Assembly (NCBI GenBank): GCA_049472395.1
Contig: JBLIRR010000029.1
Coordinates: 3,286-67,285, forward strand
DNA length: 64,000 nucleotides
From: a bacterium
GTDB taxonomy: Bacteria; SZUA-182; DTGQ01; JBLIRR01
Direction of reading: 5' to 3'
Shown: positions 30,050-40,948 of the stretch, in pieces
Position numbering within the stretch: the first letter of the stretch is position 1
Layout: the number at the start of each line of letters is the position of its first letter
Made by a program: the position numbers and the translations under genes
The notes under the pieces: model-generated
Database searches by the model: none
Seen by the model: only the letters and a program-made list of their open reading frames with translations
Told to the model about the DNA's origin: nothing

Positions 30050-33000
30050 ATTAAGGCCTCGTTTAAATCAAGCCCCCATTTTATTGATAAATAATTTTGC
30101 ATTTTTGCTATTTCATCGTCTGATAGTACCCTATCAAGAACAATAATCTCCGCGATGTCGCCTTTAAAATAATTTCCTCCTGTATTTACCGCGCCGATAG
30201 TAAATCTTTGAGAGTCTTTTATAGACATATTACGCGCAAACCTGGCCTGTACGGGATTGGCTTTATCCACGTATAGTTTCACTAGACCTGTATCTTTTTT
30301 CCTGGTAAAGATTCCAATATGCATTCTGCCAAATGATGAATTAGCTTCAATTTTATAATCGCTTTCACCAATTACTCCGATTCCGGCAATTAATGTGCCC
30401 TCTTTACCGATCAACATTCCAAAATCTCTTTTACTTATATCAATAGGATCTCCAGAGCAATTCCCATCAAATAGACCGACACCTTCAAACCAGTTCTGGG
30501 TAAGGAGCACATTGATAATCGCTGATTCGATGATATTTTCCATATTCACTACCAGAGAAAAATCCTGTGTATCTAGTGTAAATTTTGGCAATACATTGCC
30601 ATCACCATCAATATATCCATTTTCTTTTAATTCGTTCCATAGTGCGTGTGATAATGTCTCATTAATACCCCCTATACTGGTAAATGCATCCTGCGGAACA
30701 GGTCTTAAGGCATCATTGCTCTCTGATACAATGGCAATTATTCTTGATTCTATCTCGATCCTGGCATTGTCAAGGATAGTGGTATTCAAATCAAGAGTAA
30801 AACCTTCTTCAATAGGGGTAAATGTTGACAATACATTCCCATTATCATCAATAAATCCATTATTATTTAATTCTTCCCATATCGTCTGTGACAGTGGTTC
30901 ATCAATGCCGGCTATACTTATAAATGCATCTCGGGATACCGGCATATATTCACTGATTTCCAAATCCGTATCTGTTTTATATATTACAATAACGGTGAAA
31001 TCATCCTTTACCACACGTGGAAGAGTCAAATAATTTTTATAATTACTATCAAAATGCACAACTCCAAGACCATTATACGCATCCGGTCTATATATAGGTT
31101 GGTTATCCAGATCAGCCTGTACGGCATCATAGTTATGACCATTAATATCAAGCCACTTAGATATCTTATTATCTGCATCGTCTTTGATAACAGTTGCTAT
31201 TTTGCTTGCATCAAGGTGAAGTACCGGTTTTACAATAGCGTTAATACCTGATATATCTATTCTCCATTTCATAGATAGGTATTTTTCTAAATACTGTCTC
31301 GCCTCAGTATCTATTACCTCGTTTAATAGAACAATTTCTCCTATATCCCCATGGAAATACCCTTTGCTTACCGGATTATCAGACGGTATATGTATTGCGC
31401 CGATAGTTAATTCCAGTGAATCATTAAGGGAAGCCCCAGGCGCAAAATCATTCCCGGTTGATACTAATAATCCATCAAGATAAATTTTAACTTCACCATC
31501 AATACGTTTTCTACTTATAATCGCTATATGGGGAAAATCTAGTAAAGAAGATGAAGCAATGCTATTTATACCGATACGTGCTGTGAGCATATTATTTCTA
31601 TTAATTGAAATACCAAAATGATTTAATGTATATTCTTCAACATAGCCGTCAATAATCCCGGCCCCATATTCCCAGTCCGGGTGTATATTCCCAGGTGATA
31701 AAGCCTTATATACAATAGCTATGGTAAAATCATCATAAGAGGTTGTATCGGGAGTGACATTCATAAAGCTGTTATTAAATCGTATCCCTGCCATTCCATT
31801 GATACTTTCCCCGCTATATAATGGTTGACTCTCAAGTATCTGCTGCAGGGCAACAACTTCACTTATATCATTCACATCATACCACTCTGATACCCTATTA
31901 TCCGAATCCTTTGTAATACTTTTAGTATCAGCCGCATCTAAATGTAGACTGCAGTGTGTAATATCGATGGGTAGACTCGTTAAGGGAACCCGCCATTTAG
32001 TAGATAAATATTTCTCTATTTGTTGTCGCTTTCCTTCTGTCAGATGGGTATCAAAAAGGATAATCTCACCTATACTGCCGTGAAAAGGAATTCCTTCACT
32101 GTTAAAAGCCCCGATTTTAATAGTTCTTGAGTCATTCAAGATGACACCATCCCTTAAATCAGCCTCCGCATGCAAAAGACCGTCAGCGTATATCTTTACC
32201 TCACCTGTTGATTTTAATCGTGTAAAAATAATCATATGGGTGTTATCAAAATTAAGGTCCCTTGTTTTAATAGTATGGTCTTCGGTTAATCGGTCCCCAA
32301 TACCACCCATGACAACCATCTTTCCTTCAGATTGCCCGATTGAAAGTCCAAAGTCATTATATAGACCGGAGCAATCAGCATCAATTAAGGCTGCCCCCTC
32401 TGTCCATTTGGTGCTCTCATTGACATTTAAATCTAAGTCTGAATCCTGGCCTAAAGAATCCTGACGTAAATAAAAGTTAACATCAGGTTTAAAAACTACC
32501 ATAATAGTAAAATCATCCTGAATGATTCGATTGATGTTAAGAGAATCCTCATAAAAATCCGAATCATTTATTTTTTCCTGGGTAAAGGTCACTGCCCCTA
32601 ATCCATTTATTCCATCTACTGTATATGCAGGTCTTCTATATATGCTCTGTTGGAGTGCATTATTACCATAATAACTAAGATCAACCCATTGAGACACCCT
32701 GCTATCCTTGTCAATTATAGGGCCCTCTTCATCCATGACAGAAGCTTGTCTTGATGCATCAAGGTGCAGCACCGGTGTGGCAATATAATTAATCCCTGAT
32801 ATATCAATATTCCATTTTATTGATAAATATTCCTCAAGCCTTTGCCTCTTCCATATTGATAAAGCATTGTTATAAATCACTATTTCACCAATATCACCAA
32901 TGAAATCATATTCCCTTGTCCGACTCTGCCCGATCAGGAGATTATCCGGCCCCTTGCTAAATGCCTCTGAATCTGAAAATGTCGTGCTGTTAAATGATTT

Positions 33001-36000
33001 ACCATCACGATATATTGTCATCTTTAGTTCACTTCCAACAACCTTGCCTGAGATAATTGCTATATGAGGATCACCAACTGTTGCGGATATAGATATCTGT
33101 TCATCTGCGGATATAGATATCTGTTCATCTTCCGCGCAAACCAGGATATCTCCTTTCTTTTCAATAGAAATGTAGTAACTTTTCTTCCCATCATCAGGTT
33201 CTGTGACTGTTCCGTCAATTAGGCGGCCTTCCTCTTTATCAGCTTTGTATACGAAAGCAATGGTAAAATCTCCCTCAAAAAGTCTGTGTTCACCAGAATT
33301 GGGAATAGTAAGAGAGGTATTGTTAAATCGTATTACTGGCAGTCCATTTATCCCATCTACAATATATTCTGGTTGGAGAGATACTGTGTTTTGGATAGAC
33401 GAAATACCTTGTAAACTTAAATCATTCCATTGTTCGACGGTGTTTGTTTTTTCATTTCTTATGACACTCCGTGCGTCACTTGCATCCAAATGGAGAGAAG
33501 GTTTTTCTATAGAGCTTACTGATGATAAGGCAATCCCCCATTTACTCGATAAATGCTCCTCCAACTTCTCTTTTCTACTCCCTGATAATACTGAATCAAG
33601 CATGATAATCTCTCCGATATGGCATGTTGCTGTAATGCCTGCGCCAGGCCCAATTATAAGTGATTCTTGGTTGAAAGATATATCTGCGTTTACGAGTATT
33701 CTAGAATTATGCAACACGCCATCAATAAATAAATTAAGCGTGCCTGTTTCTTTATCCCTGGTAAGAATTGCCATATGAGGAATCTCTGATGTTGACTCTA
33801 TGGTAATAGTATCATTATTTATACGTGTAGTTAAATCTCCCTTCCCATTAAATGACAACCCAAAGTTATCCTTATTTGGATCAGCTCCTGCCACCAAATT
33901 ATTCTGCTCCTCGCCATTATTTGATTCCCCTGCTTTATATATAATGACAATAGTAAAATCATCATGAAGGATTGATTTTTTTATCTTTAACTGTGCTCCA
34001 TTCTCAAATCTTAAAAACGCATGTCCGCTTTTCTCTATTGTTATAAACCTTGGTTCAGAACCTGCTTCGTGCATTGCATCATTATTATTGCGGCTAAGAT
34101 CCTTCCATAATGTTATTGGGGTTTCATTATCAGGGCACTTGTCATCTCCGGCTATATTGTAAGCATCCAGATGCAGAACAGGAAGTTTTACACGGCCGAT
34201 ATGGAGCAGTTCAATAAGTTTATTCCTGTATGGATTATAGTTATCCGAATTATCCTGCGCACTATTTCTTAATTCATGTAAGAAATTATGATAGGTATCA
34301 GTGAAAAGACTCATTTGATCTGAGTCAAATTCCCTTATGGTATATGATATATAAGCCGGTGTTTCTGTTTCTATGGTATTATATACTAATTCCTTAAATT
34401 TACTATTACCAAAGCGTCCTGCTTTCTTCGGAATAATAAAAGTCAGCTTATATGAATAGGGATCTGGCTGATAGTCTTCTTCAATTTTTTCCGAACAGAT
34501 AAACTCTAATGGAAGGAAACCATCAGGTCGCAGGAGAATATGCTCAAGAATATGAAAGTTATCCTGTTCGTTTTTATCAGCGGAATTTTTTATATAGACA
34601 TCAAGTCCTAATTTTGAGGAGAGTATGTCCTTAAGACCATTGATATTATACCCTCCTACATCTTCTGCAAAATAATTATATGCTCTATTTCTATTTCTGC
34701 TCAGCCTGGGATAATTTTCCAAAAAATCTGCTTTAGCTTTCAAAAAATATGGTTTTTTCTCTTCCGGATCAAGGTCTATGAGCATATTATATTTATAGCC
34801 AAACAATGCATAATCAGCAAATTTCTCATTAAATTGAGCTAAAAGATGGTTTAAAATTCTATTTTTCCGTATAAAGGCATTTTCATTAGCATGTATACCT
34901 TCATTTTGATCATCTTCTATAAATTCGTAACCTTCTTCTATCTCAGGGAAATCTTCTTTCCATATGGATTCAGGAGGCAGTTGTGAGAAATACGTTTTAA
35001 GGATATCTTCCTTGTTTTGTCGAAAGGAAAAAATATCCTTAAAGCTATCAAGCTGTTTAAGATAATTAATGAGTATTTGTTCAAAAAATAATAAATACGC
35101 TCTTAACTGTTTTGCCTGTGCTCTCCTTCTATCATTAGCTGCAGAAGGAAGTCCGGTTTCGCTGATCCCGAAATTGGCCGGCAGCTTATATGCGAGTGGG
35201 TCATACGCGGTTAAATTTGAATATTCACCCAAAGATTCTTCTATATCCATTGCCGGATCATCAAATATCTCTGTTCTGCTTTGCTCTTTTAATTTTTCAA
35301 CTTTGTCTGTTACCTGATTTGCGCTCACGGGACACATGGTTTCATCTTTGAACACACGTATTCTTGTGCTATTAAAATCCTCTAATAACAAAGCCTTTGT
35401 ATCATCCAGCACGAGCGCCCATTCTTTTTTCTCTGTAAGCTCAGGGTGTGGTTTGTTTGAAATAAACAAATTTTTCACATCCTTCACCTCTTCATGAGCC
35501 ATTATGATACGAAGCAGGTCAGAAGTATGCAGCTCTCTTCTTTTTTCTCCACTGCCAAGCTCATCATCATCAATAAATCCGTTCTCAAGCTGGGGACCGT
35601 TGAATATTTCTTCTATTGATTTGCCCTTTTGGAACATCTTTTTTAGGCTATATTGTTTAATACGGGGCGAGATAAAACTCTCAAGATCAAAATATATTTT
35701 AGCCATCACTTCATCGGCATCGGCATCCTCATCGATCCTAATATCAGAAAACAGGGAAATAGTCTCCTGCTCCATAATATTAATCTTTACAAATTCTTCG
35801 CATATATTTCTATGATTATGAAGTATTTCTTTTACCTTACGCGTAAATGCCTCATTATCTTGTAGATAAACTATATTTTCATCTTTTATATCTTCATCTC
35901 TCTCAATATATACTCTATATAATCCGTTTAATGTAACTTTTTGAGAACCTGTCGCATAATCATATACTAGGGCATTGTTATCTTTATCGTAATAGAGAGT

Positions 36001-36339
36001 TGGCTTGGTATCTATAGCAGGAGTGAGCCAGGCGTTTTTCACACCGGGAATATCAATTAAGAGCTTTCTATAATCATTGATAGTGACGGGATTAACGGTT
36101 AATATTTCTCTCGGGGAGAAAAATTGTTGTCGTGTTCCCTCTTGTGAATTATCGGTAAGGATATTGTCTATGGGGAGGGATAACCGTGTTTCTAAATCTG
36201 TGATTGCAAAACAAAGCGTTTCAAAGATTGTAACACCCGGATCATGAACATTATAATCTGTCCATATATGACCGGTCATTGTCTGCAGGTATTTTAATCC
36301 CTCTTCTCGAAGTATTTCCCAATTGATTGTATTGTCCAT
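30046..36339 (-). CDS. eCIS baseplate protein Afp12-like, extended by five LamG/ConA-like repeats
   Basis: N-terminal WTDYNVHDPGVTI, DYRKLLID.PGVKNAW, RNICEEF, ILEHILLRP, DPYS; then five LHLDA...GEI...YLS.KW repeats. Confidence 0.88.
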   Translation of the reverse strand: MDNTINWEILREEGLKYLQTMTGHIWTDYNVHDPGVTIFETLCFAITDLETRLSLPIDNILTDNSQEGTRQQFFSPREILTVNPVTINDYRKLLIDIPGVKNAWLTPAIDTKPTLYYDKDNNALVYDYATGSQKVTLNGLYRVYIERDEDIKDENIVYLQDNEAFTRKVKEILHNHRNICEEFVKINIMEQETISLFSDIRIDEDADADEVMAKIYFDLESFISPRIKQYSLKKMFQKGKSIEEIFNGPQLENGFIDDDELGSGEKRRELHTSDLLRIIMAHEEVKDVKNLFISNKPHPELTEKKEWALVLDDTKALLLEDFNSTRIRVFKDETMCPVSANQVTDKVEKLKEQSRTEIFDDPAMDIEESLGEYSNLTAYDPLAYKLPANFGISETGLPSAANDRRRAQAKQLRAYLLFFEQILINYLKQLDSFKDIFSFRQNKEDILKTYFSQLPPESIWKEDFPEIEEGYEFIEDDQNEGIHANENAFIRKNRILNHLLAQFNEKFADYALFGYKYNMLIDLDPEEKKPYFLKAKADFLENYPRLSRNRNRAYNYFAEDVGGYNINGLKDILSSKLGLDVYIKNSADKNEQDNFHILEHILLRPDGFLPLEFICSEKIEEDYQPDPYSYKLTFIIPKKAGRFGNSKFKELVYNTIETETPAYISYTIREFDSDQMSLFTDTYHNFLHELRNSAQDNSDNYNPYRNKLIELLHIGRVKLPVLHLDAYNIAGDDKCPDNETPITLWKDLSRNNNDAMHEAGSEPRFITIEKSGHAFLRFENGAQLKIKKSILHDDFTIVIIYKAGESNNGEEQNNLVAGADPNKDNFGLSFNGKGDLTTRINNDTITIESTSEIPHMAILTRDKETGTLNLFIDGVLHNSRILVNADISFNQESLIIGPGAGITATCHIGEIIMLDSVLSGSRKEKLEEHLSSKWGIALSSVSSIEKPSLHLDASDARSVIRNEKTNTVEQWNDLSLQGISSIQNTVSLQPEYIVDGINGLPVIRFNNTSLTIPNSGEHRLFEGDFTIAFVYKADKEEGRLIDGTVTEPDDGKKSYYISIEKKGDILVCAEDEQISISADEQISISATVGDPHIAIISGKVVGSELKMTIYRDGKSFNSTTFSDSEAFSKGPDNLLIGQSRTREYDFIGDIGEIVIYNNALSIWKRQRLEEYLSIKWNIDISGINYIATPVLHLDASRQASVMDEEGPIIDKDSRVSQWVDLSYYGNNALQQSIYRRPAYTVDGINGLGAVTFTQEKINDSDFYEDSLNINRIIQDDFTIMVVFKPDVNFYLRQDSLGQDSDLDLNVNESTKWTEGAALIDADCSGLYNDFGLSIGQSEGKMVVMGGIGDRLTEDHTIKTRDLNFDNTHMIIFTRLKSTGEVKIYADGLLHAEADLRDGVILNDSRTIKIGAFNSEGIPFHGSIGEIILFDTHLTEGKRQQIEKYLSTKWRVPLTSLPIDITHCSLHLDAADTKSITKDSDNRVSEWYDVNDISEVVALQQILESQPLYSGESINGMAGIRFNNSFMNVTPDTTSYDDFTIAIVYKALSPGNIHPDWEYGAGIIDGYVEEYTLNHFGISINRNNMLTARIGINSIASSSLLDFPHIAIISRKRIDGEVKIYLDGLLVSTGNDFAPGASLNDSLELTIGAIHIPSDNPVSKGYFHGDIGEIVLLNEVIDTEARQYLEKYLSMKWRIDISGINAIVKPVLHLDASKIATVIKDDADNKISKWLDINGHNYDAVQADLDNQPIYRPDAYNGLGVVHFDSNYKNYLTLPRVVKDDFTVIVIYKTDTDLEISEYMPVSRDAFISIAGIDEPLSQTIWEELNNNGFIDDNGNVLSTFTPIEEGFTLDLNTTILDNARIEIESRIIAIVSESNDALRPVPQDAFTSIGGINETLSHALWNELKENGYIDGDGNVLPKFTLDTQDFSLVVNMENIIESAIINVLLTQNWFEGVGLFDGNCSGDPIDISKRDFGMLIGKEGTLIAGIGVIGESDYKIEANSSFGRMHIGIFTRKKDTGLVKLYVDKANPVQARFARNMSIKDSQRFTIGAVNTGGNYFKGDIAEIIVLDRVLSDDEIAKMQNYLSIKWGLDLNEALI
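33082..33129. repeat. Perfect 24-bp tandem duplication (DEQISISA x2) in the Afp12-like gene
   Basis: TGCGGATATAGATATCTGTTCATC occurs twice in tandem, in frame. Confidence 0.9.
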
Positions 36340-36366
36340 TGTGATTTCCCAAATTTAATATATTTT

Positions 36367-39300
36367 TTATGCTCCGAAATAAGAAACTTTTACTGTAATC
36401 TCTTCTGCGGATGTATTTTGAATTGTTAAATCAGCAGTATCATAATAAATATTAAAGGTTCCCCCATCTTGTTGGTCTGCCATTTCATCCCCCGATATCT
36501 TCGTAATCATATCTGTCCCATGGATTGCAAAAATCCCGGCTAGTGCGCTGCTCTCCGTGGTAATATGCACCATCAACATCCCCCTGGAATCGGCAGTCAA
36601 TGTAATATCCCTCACAACACTGGTATCAACTGCTTCAACTGAAATGTCTGTAAGTGCTTGTAAGTTTGCTTTGGCGGCTAAGGCAGTATCCATGGCTGCT
36701 TGATCTGCCTTGGTAGCTAAGGCCGTTTCCATTGCTGTTTGATCCGCCTTTTCAGCTAATGCTGCATCCATTGTTGTTGTATCTGCCTTTGTCGCTAAAG
36801 CACTATCCATTGCTGACTGATCCGCCTTGGCAGCTAATGCGGTTTCCATGGCCGCTTGATCCGCCTTAGCAGCTAATGCGGTTTCCATTACTGTTATATC
36901 TGCTTTGGTAGCCAATGCAGTATCCATCGCTGTTTGGTCTACTTTGGTAGCCAATGCTGATTCCATCGCCGCTTGATCCGCCTTTTCAGCTAATGCTGTT
37001 TCCATTACTGTTATATCTGCTTTGGTAGCCAATGCAGTATCCATCGCTGTTTGGTCTACTTTGGTAGCCAATGCTGATTCCATCGCTGCTTGATCCGCCT
37101 TTTCAGCTAATGCTGTATCCATTACTGTTATATCTGCCTTAGTGGCTAAGGCGCTGTCCATTGCCGTTTGATCTGCTTTAGCGGCTAAAGCCGTCTCCAT
37201 TGCTGTTTCATCTGCCTTGGTAGCTAAGGCCGCCTCCATTGTCGCTTGATCTGCCTTGGCAGCCAAAGCCGTTTCCATTGCCGTTTGATCCGCCTTTTCA
37301 GCTAGTGCTGCATCCATCGTTGCTTGATCTGCTTTAACAGCAAGTCCGTTATCAACATAAGTCTTTACTGCCTTTTGTGTTGGCAGTAGTGCATTACTGT
37401 TTTCATCTAAGGTTTCATTGTTGGAAATATTATTTATTTCTATATCAGAACCACCAAAACGTAAATTCCCATCTATAGTAATTGTATTGGTCCTTATTAT
37501 GCCTTTGCTAAATACGTTATTTTCTTCATTGATTACTAAATCATTATGTGCATCTGATACGGTTATCTGCGTGATATCCTGTTTTGTAATACTAAAGTTA
37601 TCTTTATACTCAGCAGCAAGTTCTTCCCAGAAAGCAAGAAGCTCATCGACTGTCCCTGATTTATTCGCCGGGTATTTGATAGTCATTATTTTGAGATCAT
37701 CAATTGAAATATCAAAAGTATTATTTCCCGCATCTTGAGATTGAATAACAACTCTTGGTGTATCATTTTGAGAGTCAAAATATCGAACGCAAATTCCATC
37801 AACACCCTGTGTTGTCGTATTGTATTCCTTAATGACTGCCACTAGAGTTTCTAGAGTTTCTTCCTGTTCTACTGCTATTTCACCAGCGGTCCCACGATCA
37901 GGGATATCAAAACCATGCGTGTCTGTATCCGCCTCCATAACATCCTGCCATGCCGCAAGAAGATTGGATACAGTTCGATTATCCGGATTTATTGGGTAGT
38001 TGATGGTTAATAATGTAGTATCAAAAATGAACGTAAAATTGTCACCACTCTCCTGCAATCTCACTGTCGCTTCTACCATGGGATCACTTGTAAATGTTAC
38101 AGAAAAACCCGCAATATCTGTTTGGCTATGGCTTCCATCTGTGGGAGTTAAGGATTTCTCCTGGACTACATTGATAGCTGTAGTATCCTGTGTCTCTTTA
38201 ATATCCCATCCATAGGTATCATTACCGAATGCCTTCCATTTTTTCCACGCATTATAAACATCTTGAGGTGTCTTCTCTATTTTACCAAGAGTAATCTCAA
38301 TAGTATAAAGAGAAACAGAGAATTGAATTTTTTCATCTGAACTTGGAGCTGCTGCTTTTATGGTTACTTCAGGCAGTTGATACATCTCTGAAGGACCTAT
38401 ATTAATTATTCTCAGCTCCCCTGTTTCATATTCTCTGACCACTTCATTTGTAAGAGTAAGGGATTCAGACGCATCATCAATCAGCCATTCTTTATCTCCT
38501 GTCTGTTGGATCTCAAAATATTGAGCCTCAATTTCATTATCCTGTTTCCATTTATCCCAATCCCTAAGGAGATTCTCAACAGTGCGAAATGTACTATCAT
38601 CAGGGTACATAATTGTTAATGTAATGCCGCTGATTATAAAATTAAACTTACTATTCGTTATATCATCATTTGCGCTGATAATTATTTGAGGTGTTTCAGA
38701 CCCAAATCCCGTATATACTATTCGAATTCCATTATCGGGAATTCTGAATTCTTTGAATACTACCCCCGAGGAATATAATCCTATTTCTGTATCCCTTATC
38801 TTCCATGAACCCACTCCTACTTTTCTGAATGAAAAACCCTCGGCGATTTCAGGATTATTTTTTTGAAAGACATTCCAGTCACTTATTAAATAGGCTATAT
38901 CCGAAGTATCATCATAAGTAACTGTTACTTCTTTATCATCACTGATGGTTATATCAAAATGGCCCTCTCCTGCGTTTACGGTTCCTTTGAATATGGTAAT
39001 TTTTGGCGAGATGTCCGCGGCTCCCTCAAATGATGCATATATCTTCGTACTTCCCAGAACTGCATTATTAAGGGCATTAAATAAACCATTAATACTAAAC
39101 GTCCCTTCACTTTCAAAATTTTTGACAGTTGCATTATTAGCAGTGAGAGAATCAAGCTCAATTGACTGTATATTGAGACTATTGACTGTAAGATTATCAA
39201 TGATCGTTAGATTTTCAATAGTTGTATTTCCTAGTTGAGCAGTATCCAATGCAGTAAAGGTGCCGCTCACACGTGCGCCGTTCTCAGCTTCTAACTCTTC

Positions 39301-40467
39301 CCCACTCACTATAGCGCCTGCTTGAGCGTGCAGGGCTTCGTCGGTAACAACAATTCCTTTATTCGCATACACTACACCATGCGCTGTGATACTTCCATCA
39401 CTGTCATTCCCAAGAATAACCTGACCATTAGCATTTAAGGGTGAATCAATAACGGATAATCCTTCCTGTGCCGTTAACAGACCTGTTTCTATGCTTCCTC
39501 CATTTCTTACCGTTAATCCATCCTCCGCTTTTAACTCTGCTCCGTTTACCAAAGCTCCTTTAATAGCCTTTAACACACCATTAATAGTGACATCACCATC
39601 TGTATCATTCCCAAGAACAACTTGCCCATTAGCATTCAGAGATGAATCAATAACAGAGACTCCTTCCTCTGCGGTTAATTCTGCTCCCTTCACTACAATT
39701 CCTTGTTTTGCTTCCAGGATTCCTGTTTCAATCACGATCCCATCATTTACTATTACCCCATTCTTAGCATCGAGCGCTAATCCGCTGACTTCGGCTCCGG
39801 CTTGAGCTTTTAAAGTCCCACTTTGTATTGTAGCTCCATTATTTACTGTTAATCCATTCTCTGCTTTTAGCTCTGCTCCATTAACTGTCGCTCCCATCGT
39901 GGCTTCTAACTTTGCACCATTGACTGTCGCACCTGTTGTTACTTCTAATTTGCCACCAATAGATACATCACTTTTCAAGTTCACAGTACCATCTACCGCA
40001 AGTTTATATGAATCAGGATCATCAGTGCCAATACCCATATTTCCATTTGATTCTATAACCAACGAAGCATTTCCTGATGTATCATCTACTCTTAAGGCAT
40101 TGTCAGCATCCGGAATTATATGAAGCGTGGCCTGGGGATCATCATTATTTATGCCAATGGCTCTATCTTCCCGTTTCATGAATAGTCTACTTGAGTTATT
40201 TGATGAAAAATTAAGGCCGTTTCGTTCCCCGTCTTCTGATTGGGCATTGATTCTCCAGGTAGGGGTATCTTTGCTGCTGCTAAAATCAAGAAATCTTCTG
40301 TTTAGACCTTGTTCGATGATTTCCATTGGTTTGCCTTTTTCCGAGGCACCAATACCATCTTCCGCAATATTTATCATAGAATCAATGAGATCTGCAAAAT
40401 CATCCTGGGTAGGTTTATTTCCAGTAGCAAACAGATCATATAATTCCTCTCTTTTTTTACTCGGCAT
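36367..40467 (-). CDS. eCIS long tail fibre (Afp13-like, fibre 2)
   Basis: N-terminal REELYDLFATGNKPTQDDFADLIDSMIN docking motif, GNMGIGT repeats, beta-rich repeats, PTQKAVKTYVD and a coiled-coil repeat. Confidence 0.82.
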   Translation of the reverse strand: MPSKKREELYDLFATGNKPTQDDFADLIDSMINIAEDGIGASEKGKPMEIIEQGLNRRFLDFSSSKDTPTWRINAQSEDGERNGLNFSSNNSSRLFMKREDRAIGINNDDPQATLHIIPDADNALRVDDTSGNASLVIESNGNMGIGTDDPDSYKLAVDGTVNLKSDVSIGGKLEVTTGATVNGAKLEATMGATVNGAELKAENGLTVNNGATIQSGTLKAQAGAEVSGLALDAKNGVIVNDGIVIETGILEAKQGIVVKGAELTAEEGVSVIDSSLNANGQVVLGNDTDGDVTINGVLKAIKGALVNGAELKAEDGLTVRNGGSIETGLLTAQEGLSVIDSPLNANGQVILGNDSDGSITAHGVVYANKGIVVTDEALHAQAGAIVSGEELEAENGARVSGTFTALDTAQLGNTTIENLTIIDNLTVNSLNIQSIELDSLTANNATVKNFESEGTFSINGLFNALNNAVLGSTKIYASFEGAADISPKITIFKGTVNAGEGHFDITISDDKEVTVTYDDTSDIAYLISDWNVFQKNNPEIAEGFSFRKVGVGSWKIRDTEIGLYSSGVVFKEFRIPDNGIRIVYTGFGSETPQIIISANDDITNSKFNFIISGITLTIMYPDDSTFRTVENLLRDWDKWKQDNEIEAQYFEIQQTGDKEWLIDDASESLTLTNEVVREYETGELRIINIGPSEMYQLPEVTIKAAAPSSDEKIQFSVSLYTIEITLGKIEKTPQDVYNAWKKWKAFGNDTYGWDIKETQDTTAINVVQEKSLTPTDGSHSQTDIAGFSVTFTSDPMVEATVRLQESGDNFTFIFDTTLLTINYPINPDNRTVSNLLAAWQDVMEADTDTHGFDIPDRGTAGEIAVEQEETLETLVAVIKEYNTTTQGVDGICVRYFDSQNDTPRVVIQSQDAGNNTFDISIDDLKIMTIKYPANKSGTVDELLAFWEELAAEYKDNFSITKQDITQITVSDAHNDLVINEENNVFSKGIIRTNTITIDGNLRFGGSDIEINNISNNETLDENSNALLPTQKAVKTYVDNGLAVKADQATMDAALAEKADQTAMETALAAKADQATMEAALATKADETAMETALAAKADQTAMDSALATKADITVMDTALAEKADQAAMESALATKVDQTAMDTALATKADITVMETALAEKADQAAMESALATKVDQTAMDTALATKADITVMETALAAKADQAAMETALAAKADQSAMDSALATKADTTTMDAALAEKADQTAMETALATKADQAAMDTALAAKANLQALTDISVEAVDTSVVRDITLTADSRGMLMVHITTESSALAGIFAIHGTDMITKISGDEMADQQDGGTFNIYYDTADLTIQNTSAEEITVKVSYFGA
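36673..37335 (-). repeat. 17 x 39-bp (13-aa) tandem repeat K(A/V)DxxxM(D/E)xALAx
   Basis: Counted from the translation; units 6-8 are nearly identical to units 9-11. Confidence 0.95.
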
Positions 40468-40567
40468 AGTTATTCTCCATTTGTCTGATTTGTTAATCAG
40501 CCATTCTAATTTTGACAGTTATTTCAACATGTGATTCGTCTAAAAGTAGAATCGCAGTTTGTTACTC

Positions 40568-40936
40568 CTATTTTTTTTCATAATCAATATCAACAACTTC
40601 CGATCTTGCTTTCTGGCGCTCTGTAAGCAGGGCTTGATATTCCTCGTCTGTCAGCGAAGTTGCTATTTCCATTTCCAGTTGTTCTCTGTGCCTGGTAATT
40701 TTCCAATCAGTCCCTCTTAGAATACTCCTGTTCTTTCTATTTTTTTCTTCCTGAATTTCTTCAGGACTCAATTCCGCTTCGATGAACGTGCCATCAACAT
40801 AAGCTTTTCCAAGTATTGTGAAGTCATCCTCAACACCCTCCACTTTCACCTGCGCCTCATTTTTATCGAAATAGTCTTCATTTACACGGACATCACTTAC
40901 TCCAACACATATATTATCCTTTAACTGTGCATACAT
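40568..40936 (-). CDS. Phage-type tail fibre assembly chaperone
   Basis: MYAQL..NICVGVS start and RSILRGTDWKITRHREQ...LTDEEYQALLTERQ..R; directly after fibre 1. Confidence 0.7.
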   Translation of the reverse strand: MYAQLKDNICVGVSDVRVNEDYFDKNEAQVKVEGVEDDFTILGKAYVDGTFIEAELSPEEIQEEKNRKNRSILRGTDWKITRHREQLEMEIATSLTDEEYQALLTERQKARSEVVDIDYEKK

Positions 40937-40948
40937 TTTATCTCTTCC

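Noticed and set aside
36673-37335. 39-bp periodic repeat as a CRISPR array
   Set aside because: There are no unique spacers, it is an in-frame coding repeat, and no cas genes are present.
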